The notes under the pieces are model-generated. The model was not told the origin of the DNA, did no database searches, and was given only the letters and a program-made list of their open reading frames with translations. A stretch of DNA of 63,068 nt, filler included. It is 8 parts of 8 records of this genome, joined end to end, with 100 filler letters (N's around TTAATTAATTAA, not from the genome) between each part and the next. Parts side by side here need not be neighbours in the genome. Positions count along the whole stretch, not along the records: positions 30,318 to 36,921 come from SRR31147125_31639; positions 37,022 to 46,932 come from SRR31147125_31648; 6 more parts are not named here. The stretch is one strand, 5' to 3'. Below, one piece after another: positions 30,929 through 39,948 of this stretch. Position 1 is the stretch's first letter, and each line of letters starts with the position of its first letter. A program made the position numbers and the translations under genes.

Positions 30929-32392
30929 TCATAGGGGGTTGTAGAAAACGGCTTCAATCATCTTATCATTCACGGACTCAACACAAACTCGCCTTTTTAT
31001 GAGAGAGTTTCGACTATCATCCAGATTGAAGTTTATATCGAGAATATCACCGGCAGACAGATTATGTTGACGCATTGTTTCAAAACATGCCCCTCGTATG
31101 GAAAGCTTTACAACGGTAATAAACCCATGACCGGTTTTTGAAACATGCAAGTACTCACCGGACAGGGTCACCGACTTATATCTATATTTAACCTGCCCCT
31201 TTGCCTTTTCTTTTTGGAGCTCTTTACCCTCCTCATCCAGCATGGGTTGGAGATTGTTTTCCATATCCTGAATGTCTGCTTCATCATGCACCAACAGACT
31301 CTCCGATAATTGTAGAGGGTCTTCTTTATTCTCTATTTCCCCGTCATCCGACCAATTTGAAAAATCGCCTGAAGAATGCGTTGGAGAGCTCATGTCATAA
31401 GAATTAGGTTTTCGTTCAATTTTGCTATCTAATTTAAGAGTCAACGTGTTGATTTCGTTTCGAATATTTTCATCCACAAAACGAACTGACATTTGGGCAT
31501 CAATCGAAATCTTTTCGTCTAGAAAACGAGCGGTCGCCAGCTTTTTTATCAGTCTCTGTTTGCCTTGCTCCGCTTTTACCAGACTCGTTTGCGGCATGAT
31601 GACGGCAAATTTATCCCCTTTATAGCGAAACACTTCGTCTACAGAACGAAATGATGCACCCAGCAGCTTTCCAAAAGATTTAAGCAGACGATCTCCGGTT
31701 TCGTAACCGTATTGATCATTGATTTGACCAAACCCTGCAATATCAATAAACAACAACACAGATGATGTGTTGTATCGCTTCATCATCTCGATCTTGTTGG
31801 TCAACATTCTATCAAGACTAATATTATTCTTCAGCCCGGTCAATACGTCTGTAAGCGCCATCTTTTTTAACGCTTGGTTATAGTAAGATCGCTCAATGGC
31901 AATGGCCGCGTATTCTGCAATGGAAGAAAGAAGATGCATCTCAACTTCAGTGAAATTATCTCCACTGATTTTATTGATCAGCTCAATCACCCCAAATGTT
32001 TTTTCATCTGTTTTCAGCGGGACCCCGATGATGGATTGGGTTTTAAATCCGGTGGCCTCATCCATTCGCATGCTGAAGCGTTCATCGTCATCCACGCTAT
32101 GAACAATTACAGACTCGCCACTTTCAAGGATATGCCCGGCAATTCCTTCCCCTTTTGGAATTCTAACGCCTTTGAGTTTGTCCTTATTGGCCCCGACAAC
32201 TACCGTAAAAACCAAATTACCTGTCTTGGGCTCTTTCAGCAACAAGGACCAATTCATCGGTTGAAAAATACAACCGACTTGATACATCAATATATCAAGG
32301 GTTTCTTTTACGGTCTTTGCCTTTGCAAGGGGTTTACCGACTTCTGTAAAAAAAGCGGCAGACTCTAGATCGTTTATATCAAAGATATCCAT
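30929..32392 (-). CDS. GAF, degenerate GGDEF and PilZ-like domain protein
   Basis: GAF (GEGIAG..SIIGVPL..GVIELINK), TDVLTGL, RSVD-x5-KGDKF, and C-terminal KLSIRGACF..FNLDDSRNSLIKR. Confidence 0.85.
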   Translation of the reverse strand: MDIFDINDLESAAFFTEVGKPLAKAKTVKETLDILMYQVGCIFQPMNWSLLLKEPKTGNLVFTVVVGANKDKLKGVRIPKGEGIAGHILESGESVIVHSVDDDERFSMRMDEATGFKTQSIIGVPLKTDEKTFGVIELINKISGDNFTEVEMHLLSSIAEYAAIAIERSYYNQALKKMALTDVLTGLKNNISLDRMLTNKIEMMKRYNTSSVLLFIDIAGFGQINDQYGYETGDRLLKSFGKLLGASFRSVDEVFRYKGDKFAVIMPQTSLVKAEQGKQRLIKKLATARFLDEKISIDAQMSVRFVDENIRNEINTLTLKLDSKIERKPNSYDMSSPTHSSGDFSNWSDDGEIENKEDPLQLSESLLVHDEADIQDMENNLQPMLDEEGKELQKEKAKGQVKYRYKSVTLSGEYLHVSKTGHGFITVVKLSIRGACFETMRQHNLSAGDILDINFNLDDSRNSLIKRRVCVESVNDKMIEAVFYNPL

Positions 32393-32481
32393 AACGCCTC
32401 TCTCATTACATCATTGCAACAAACAGGCTGATGTTTTTCGTGATCATCGCTCGTAACATATGCGGTGGGTACGATTCCAAA

Positions 32482-33898
32482 TTACGACTCCATATCGTTT
32501 GCCATTTTAGACATTCGATACCGAATAGATCGGAGCGTAATGCCCAGTAGTTCAGCAGCCTTACTTTTATTTCCCCCGGCAACTTCCATGGCTTTACTTA
32601 AATATGCCTCTTCGATGGAGGTAAGGATTTCATCGAGGTTCACTCCTCCCTGCTCCACTTCAGCCAAATCAAACCGACGCCCTTTGATCCCTTCTATCCA
32701 TCGCCTTCGTTTGTGCATGGAAATCGTAAGGCTTTCCGGTAGGATAATGTTGGTGGAGGATAGAGCCACACTTCGCTCAATAAGATTTTCAAGCTCCCTC
32801 ACATTCCCGGGGAATGAGTATTTATTTAAAAATGAGATCGCATAGGATGAAATTTTTGAAATATCTTTTCCCATACGCCTGGAGTACTTTTCGGTAAAAA
32901 AGTTTGCCAGAAGTTCAATATCTCCTTTTCGATCCCTGAGAGGCGGCACCTTTATGGGAATTACGTTTAATCGAAAAAAGGTCTTCCCTAAACCGGCCAT
33001 CAATAACTTCCTGCTCCAACTGCTTGTTTGTCGCTGATATGATGCGAACATCCACAGAAACTTCTTTGGTACTTCCCACCGGCTTGACGACCGTCTCCTG
33101 CAGTGCGCGCAGCAATTTAACCTGAAGCATGAGAGAAAGCTCGCCAATCTCGTCAAGAAAAATGGTCCCTTGATGGGCCGCCTCAAAAAGCCCCTTTTTA
33201 TCATTCACAGCGCCGGTAAACGACCCTTTGACATGCCCGAAAAACTCACTCTCCATCAGCGTTTCAGGAATACCGCCACAATTGACCACCACAAACGGCA
33301 TCTTCTTTCTTTCACTCATGTCATGAATGGCCCTGGCAATCAGCTCTTTTCCGGTGCCGCTCTCTCCGGTAATCAAAACATTGGTTTTGGTACCGGCGAC
33401 TTGTCCAATGAGATTGTAAATACGAATCATTCCAGGACTGTTCCCTACAATTTTTCCGAAATGTCGAGTAAATCCCTGGGATTTATTTTTATTATTTTTC
33501 TCTTTTTTAAATTGATGCCGCTCTTGACTCAGCGCCTTTTTAATTGCCTGCTTCAGCTCATCATTATCAAAAGGCTTTGGAACAAAATCATAAGCCCCCT
33601 CGTTCATCGCCTCTACAGCGACCTCCGTCGTGGCATATGCAGAGATCATGATCACAACGATGCCGGGATTTTTTCGCTTGGCCGCACGTAATACATCTAT
33701 GCCGGTGACATCCCCCAGTCGAATGTCACACAGCAGCAAATCAAACTCTTTTGTGCCGAGAATCCGAAGGGCCTGTTTACCGTTTTTAGCAAGCGTCGTA
33801 TCATACCCTTCCTTGGAGAGCATCATTTCGAGCAGCTCTCGCATACTCAGCTCATCGTCGACAACCAGTACGCGCGGTGAGTGCGATGCAGACGCCAT
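32482..33898 (-). CDS. Sigma54-dependent response regulator, PilR/NtrC family (frameshift at A6 32974-32979)
   Basis: Receiver VLVVDDE..CDIRL, GESGTGKE, ESEFFGHVKGSFTGA, FLDEIGE, REDLF/FRLNVIPI, FPGNVRELEN and a Fis-type HTH. Confidence 0.9.
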
Positions 33899-35285
33899 GA
33901 ATTAAACTCCCCATCGGAGCGATTGTAGATGATCTTCCCATCCACCATGGTCATATGAATTTCACCTTTGAGGTGATATCCGACAAAAGGCGTATTTCTA
34001 CCTTTGGATGCAAACGCTTCCGGATTGACGGACCAAAACGCATCCGGATCAATGACCGTGATATCCGCCGGATTTCCCGGTTTCAAATCATTGTCCATTC
34101 CAAGTATTTCTGCAGGGCGTTTTGACATCTTCCGTATCAGGGTTTCCAGCGTTAACATCCCATCTCTCACCAATTGAAGAGAGAGTCCCACAGATGTTTC
34201 CAACCCGATAATCCCGAACGCTGCCCGATCAAACTCCACCTCTTTCTCCAAAGGGGAATGAGGTGCATGATCCGTTGCGATGATATCCAGTGTGCCGTCA
34301 ATAAGGCCTTCAATGACCGCTTTCCGATCTTTTTCCGTTCGAAGCGGCGGATTCATCTTGGCATGGGTATCATAACGGGCAACGGCTTCATCGGTGAGAG
34401 TAAAGTAGTGAGGTGCTGTTTCCGCCGTCACCTTAATTCCCCGTTTTTTGCCTTGACGAATGGCATCCACCGACTGTTCACAGCTCACATGGGCCACATG
34501 CAACGCAGCTCCGGTAAGCTCTGCAAGTGCGATGTCCCTCATGACCATGATGCTTTCCGCAGCATTTGGAATTCCCTTGATTCCCAGTCTGGTTGATGTA
34601 ACCCCTTCATTCATCGCCCCCTCTCCGGCAAGCGAGAGATCTTCGGCATGGGTAATGACGGGAATCCCCAATCCTCCGGCATATTCCAACGCACGACGCA
34701 TAACCCTGGCATTCTCCACCGGGCGTCCGTCATCGGTAACAGCCACCATTCCCGCCTTTTTCATATCTCCGTACTCGGCAAGAGAATCGCCTTTCAATCC
34801 CCTTGTAACGGCACCCACCGGATAAAGTTTGGTGCCTCCGAGTTCCTTAGCCCGATTGACCATAAACGCGGTCACCTGACTATTATCGTTAACCGGCGAG
34901 GTGTTGGGCATCGGACAAACGGCTGTGAAGCCGCCACGGGCGGCGGATTGAAGACCGGTTTCAATGGTCTCTTTATATTCCTGACCCGGCTCGCGAAGGT
35001 GAACATGCAGATCAATGAGGCCGGGGACGACAAGCATCCCCTCTAAGTCAATCTCATGACAACCTTTCTCCTCTGAATTTCCTTTTTCATCCAATGACGT
35101 GGAAAAAGCCCCCCTTTTGTTCCGTCCTTTTTTCCGCCATCTACAGATGACTTTTGAAAGGGCAGATCAACGGGATCTGTCGGATCAAGTATTGCCTCGA
35201 TCTTTCCTTGGGAAACAACAATATCCTTTAACGCATCAATACGCCCCGGATCCAGAACTCTTGCCCCTTTCAATCTAACCCGCAT
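33847..35285 (-). CDS. pyrC: Dihydroorotase (frameshift near 35103-35114)
   Basis: [51 protein letters not shown]; follows pyrB. Confidence 0.93.
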
Positions 35286-36205
35286 GTTTAAGTCCTCCCG
35301 CCACAAGGTAAAAAACAGCCATGCGCAAGGCGACGCCGTTGGTCACCTGTTCCAGTATCACCGAATGGTCACCATCGGCAATGTCATTTGAGATCTCCAC
35401 CCCCCGATTCATCGGTCCGGGGTGCATCACCAACGCATCCCGCCTGGCTCTTTTCAGACGTTCCCGGTTGAGGCCGAAACGGGTTGAATATTCTCGCTCC
35501 GTGGGGAACAATATACGTTCCTGACGCTCTTTTTGTATTCTAAGCATCATGACGACATCGGCATCTTCAATGCAAGATTCGATATCATATGCGACATGAC
35601 ACCCAAGAGAGTCAATTCCCACCGGAATCATTGTCGGCGGAGCAGCCACTGTGACGGAAGCGCCCATTTTGGTAAACCCCGTGATATTGGATCGGGCCAC
35701 TCGACTGTGAGCAATATCACCGATGATGGAAATTTTCAGCCCTTCAATTTTCCCTTTTTTCTCCCTGACCGTCATCATGTCAAGCAATGCCTGGGTGGGA
35801 TGCGCATGAAGTCCGTCACCTGCATTTACAACGGATGCTTTGACTTTGCGGGCAATCAAATCGGCGGCACCGGAGGATGAATGGCGTATCACAATGATGT
35901 CCGGATTCATTGCCTCAAGATTTCTGGCCGTATCGATCAGCGTCTCCCCCTTGACGATACTACTCGAGCCTGAAGATATGGAGATGGTATCCGCACTCAG
36001 ACGTTTCCCTGCAATGTCAAATGAAATCTTCGTCCGGGTGCTGGGCTCCTGAAAAAAGAACAATGGTTTTTCCCCTCAATGTGGGAACTTTCTTCACGGG
36101 TCGGTTGGAGACTTCTTTCATGCCTTCCGCCGTATCGAGAATCATCGTGATCTCTTCGGCAGAAAGCATGTCCAAGTCCAACAGATCTTTATGCTCAAAC
36201 CTCAT
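35275..36205 (-). CDS. pyrB: Aspartate carbamoyltransferase catalytic subunit (frameshift at A6 36052-36057)
   Basis: [44 protein letters not shown]. Confidence 0.96.
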
Positions 36206-36464
36206 GGTATCGATATCTCGCCGATTTTCTCCGGGTCATATTTAAATTCACTACCCGAACAATTGATATTTTTTCAAATCATAACGATGCTTACACACAA
36301 GCGCGGTTGGTTCGACTAAAGTACCCGAGCAAATTTAATTCGATATTTTCCTTCTGGCAATTTGAAATTGAACTATGTTGTTCCGAATAGCCAATTCCCA
36401 GGAAATTTCCTGTCTAAAGCCAGGCAAGCATGTTATCGAATTCATTGTGATTGGGTACTTAAAA

Positions 36465-36921
36465 TTACTTCAACAAATCAAAAATTCTACTCCAGCGCAC
36501 TCCGAACGCTTCACTGTTCCAGGACCAATAAATCATGAAGGCCTTGCCTTTAACTTCTTTTAAATCCACAAATCCCCAGAATCGACTGTCATGGCTGTTA
36601 TCCCGGTTGTCCCCCATGACAAAAAGAGCGTTCTCAGGTACGGTCCTCAGCGGCATATTGTCCCGCATGCTGAATTTTCCGGGAATGGTATGGGGATCTT
36701 TATGAACGGCAAAGGGTTCATCATCCTGCAGTTCACCATTGACATAAAGCTTCTTATCTTTGATTTCAACCGTATCTCCAGCCACCGCCACGACCCGTTT
36801 GATGAAATCTTTTTTCGGATCTTCCGGATATTTAAAGACTACGATATCTTTTCTGGCAGGATCTTTGACAGGTATCAATGTGTATCCATCCGTAAAGGGA
36901 ATTTTCACCCCGTAAATAAAT
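36465..36921 (-). CDS. lepB: Signal peptidase I (5' truncated)
   Basis: DIVVFKYP, DFIKRVVA, MGDNRDNSHDSRFWG. Confidence 0.95.
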
Positions 36922-37097
36922 NNNNNNNNNNNNNNNNNNNNNNNNNNNNNNNNNNNNNNNNNNNNTTAATTAATTAANNNNNNNNNNNNNNNNNNNNNNN
37001 NNNNNNNNNNNNNNNNNNNNNTTTACTGTCCTAAGCGTTTAAGCGTATAAAATCATTTCAAGAGCACTCGAATAAAAATAAAATATAAGGAAATTCC

Positions 37098-39743
37098 ATG
37101 ACTCGTTGGCAAAAAGCATCTTTTATTTTTTGTTTTCTAGCATTTACCGGTTATGTTTTCAGTTTTGCAGGGACGACTCCACAGCTCATACAAAAGCCAG
37201 CACCTGAGTTTTCTACAGAACTTGTAATATTAGGAGGTGATGATGCCGGACTCGGAGCTGTGTGGGCTGCCGGGGAGCTGGGTATACAAACGTTGCTTGT
37301 TCTCAGTCATCCACGCGATTTTGGCGGTGATTTTTCCAATTTTATACCAACGGATATTGCCGTTTCCGCCAGAACGGTGGGAGGTGTTAATTATATTTAC
37401 GATACCTTTGCGCGAAAACATACCAATGATAAATCCGGTTCCTCCACGGCTGGAAAAGACGGGCGCGTGGCACCCCCGGGACCGAGCATTGAATTTCTTT
37501 ATGATTATATGACCCGTTATCCCAATGTGCGCATCCTGGCTGGTTATTTACCCAAGCCGCACTCTGGTGTCCTCGACGCAAAAAACCAGGTCAAAAGCCT
37601 GCAACTTATTGCTGAAGATGGTAAGGTCATTACGGTTCATTGCCAGTACGCAATAGACGGTACACCGGAAGGCTATGGTGCTAAAGCCTTTGACCTGCCT
37701 GTTTTATTCGGGCGTGAGGGTCAACATAAAGATGAGGACCCGACCCGAAACATGGAAGCATTTGCCGGGAGACGTTTGTTTTCAACACTGCGAAATGACG
37801 AAATTGAAATTTCCGGCAAGGTTCCGCTGCTGGAACAGTATTGCGACCGCCGGGATGAATTTGAGGATAATTCCATGGGGGCCAGTCCTGTTATTCCTTT
37901 AAAAGAATATCTCCCAAAAGAGAGTACCGTACCGACCGATGCTCCCTGGCTTTTCACCAAACCACCGGAGGGTTTTGATCCTGCAGATTTCAGGCACCTT
38001 GTCAATTCCAAAAGACCGGGTGGCAACAGAAATGGCCGGCGCATTTGGCGTTTTTCCGGAAGAGAACCCTTAAAATCACTGCCAGAATGGTACCGTTTAC
38101 CAGATGGATCTCATTACCTCCGCCATGATGATGTCTGGGCTTGCAAACGTTTTGTGGAGAAACAAGCCTTTAGCTATGTCGTCAAGGCCATGTATTATTA
38201 TCAGAAATACACTCCGGAAGGCCCTCGGTTTGGCATCGACCGGGATTCTTTTGCAGCATATGATGCTCCCTATCACCTGTCCGATTTTGGCACCTCCACC
38301 TATGCTGGTGACCAGGCAGTGGGCTGCCGGTTGTATCATCGCGTTCTGGCGCGACTGAAAGTACCGGACCCATTGGGAGGTCAGATGTTTTTTCGACAAG
38401 AAGGACGACCCTTTTTTCACGAAAAGTCATACTGGCTTTTTGATGGTATTGGCGTTCCTCTTTTAGAAATTGACTATCATACCATTCTCGGCAAAAGTGT
38501 AAAAAGCCCGCCAGGAGCCAGCCCGGAAGGTTCTGCCTTTACCTATTGCGTGCCCGAAGCGTCCGGACTCAATTTTCACAGCCTGCCGCGTCGTTGTATC
38601 GAGCCGGACTATTCTTTGATCGACAATTATCTATCTCCCGGAGCGCCTGGCGTAACATTTATGGCGCAGTCTTCTTTACGCGCTGGTTCCAGTATGAACC
38701 ATCTCGGTGTTGTTGCCGCAGCCATGGTGTTTCTGGCAAAAAAGGATCATATGCCGATTTCACAAATAAACACCATCGAATTACAATGGACTCTCGTAAA
38801 CCGCCTGAATACCGGTATTGCTTACTTTGAGAATGCCCTGGCCGGTACGCCCAGCTTTCCTTATGAACAGATGCCTGGAGTTCTTGGCATTCCACGCAAA
38901 AATTTGACTGATCAATGGCAAAAACCATTTCTCACCCATGAGGATGCCGCTGATATGTTCGGACAATATGCCCGATTCAAAGAAAAAAATCCGGATCACC
39001 TCCTGTCTTTTGCAAAAAATGATAAACTTTTGAGTAAAAAAGAATTTATCCACACATTGGATAAACTGACGGAAACAGATAAAATTATAGAATCTCCTGG
39101 TTCTGATAGTAAACCCATCCACTTGCAGGATATCAGACAGATCCTGACCCGGGACATGGTCAGAAATATCGCAGATCTTCCTCCCTATCGATTTCCCGAT
39201 TATGTTTTATTTGATAGTTTCAATCGCTGCCCGGGCGAATTGGGGCAGCCGGAATTGGGCGAGCAGTGGCAAAACAACGGATTTGAGATATATCGGGGAC
39301 ATGCTATCGCAAAAAATAAAGAGACGACGTCCTCCCTTCTGACACAGGGAACCAAAGATAATTACAAACTCTCTGTCGAGATGTGGCTGGAACAAAAACC
39401 GGAAGATATTCAAAACAGCGCCATTCAACAGTGCGGCCTTTTATTTGATTATCAGGATAACGAACACTATGGTTTTTTTGGTATCCGCACAGATAAATCA
39501 AAACTGGAATTTGAATTTCAACATAATGGCATCGTAAAAGTAAAATCAATTAATTATACCATTCCCAGCTTTGTGCTGGACGTTATTAAAAACAACAACA
39601 TGCTGGAAGTTCGGTTAAACGGAGAAAAACTATTCGCAGAAAAACATGATAATAATATGTCACCTGTAATAGGATTAATACAAGGGCCTGGTGAAGGACG
39701 TGTACATTTTCAAAATATAAGTCAAATCAGAATCACAAATTAA
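37098..39743 (+). CDS. Secreted, divergent FAD-dependent oxidoreductase-family protein with a C-terminal beta-jellyroll domain
   Basis: Signal peptide; Rossmann-like LVILGGDDAGLGAVWAAGELG; AIDGTPEG..FGREG (IDATYEG..GRE-like); SSLR..GVVAA; beta-rich C-terminus starting at FDSFNR. Confidence 0.65.
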   Translation: MTRWQKASFIFCFLAFTGYVFSFAGTTPQLIQKPAPEFSTELVILGGDDAGLGAVWAAGELGIQTLLVLSHPRDFGGDFSNFIPTDIAVSARTVGGVNYIYDTFARKHTNDKSGSSTAGKDGRVAPPGPSIEFLYDYMTRYPNVRILAGYLPKPHSGVLDAKNQVKSLQLIAEDGKVITVHCQYAIDGTPEGYGAKAFDLPVLFGREGQHKDEDPTRNMEAFAGRRLFSTLRNDEIEISGKVPLLEQYCDRRDEFEDNSMGASPVIPLKEYLPKESTVPTDAPWLFTKPPEGFDPADFRHLVNSKRPGGNRNGRRIWRFSGREPLKSLPEWYRLPDGSHYLRHDDVWACKRFVEKQAFSYVVKAMYYYQKYTPEGPRFGIDRDSFAAYDAPYHLSDFGTSTYAGDQAVGCRLYHRVLARLKVPDPLGGQMFFRQEGRPFFHEKSYWLFDGIGVPLLEIDYHTILGKSVKSPPGASPEGSAFTYCVPEASGLNFHSLPRRCIEPDYSLIDNYLSPGAPGVTFMAQSSLRAGSSMNHLGVVAAAMVFLAKKDHMPISQINTIELQWTLVNRLNTGIAYFENALAGTPSFPYEQMPGVLGIPRKNLTDQWQKPFLTHEDAADMFGQYARFKEKNPDHLLSFAKNDKLLSKKEFIHTLDKLTETDKIIESPGSDSKPIHLQDIRQILTRDMVRNIADLPPYRFPDYVLFDSFNRCPGELGQPELGEQWQNNGFEIYRGHAIAKNKETTSSLLTQGTKDNYKLSVEMWLEQKPEDIQNSAIQQCGLLFDYQDNEHYGFFGIRTDKSKLEFEFQHNGIVKVKSINYTIPSFVLDVIKNNNMLEVRLNGEKLFAEKHDNNMSPVIGLIQGPGEGRVHFQNISQIRITN

Positions 39744-39948
39744 ATACTTTTTTTATGATTGAAAGAAATTGTGAAGTTTATGAAATAAAAAATTGTTTTC
39801 CTTAAATGTAAATAAAGAGTTATCTATCCACTCTCTTCCTCAGAGATAAAAGTCAATCGGTTCGGACCAACACGAATATAATTTATTTTTATAAAAAAAA
39901 TTAAAAATTCATATCCCATAAACTCAAAATAAATACAGGAGGCTACAA

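Noticed and set aside
33847..33898. 52-nt overlap of pyrC with the PilR-like gene as a regulatory overlap
   Set aside because: One extra G in the G4 run just upstream of the regulator's start would stop pyrC before it, so this is probably another homopolymer error.
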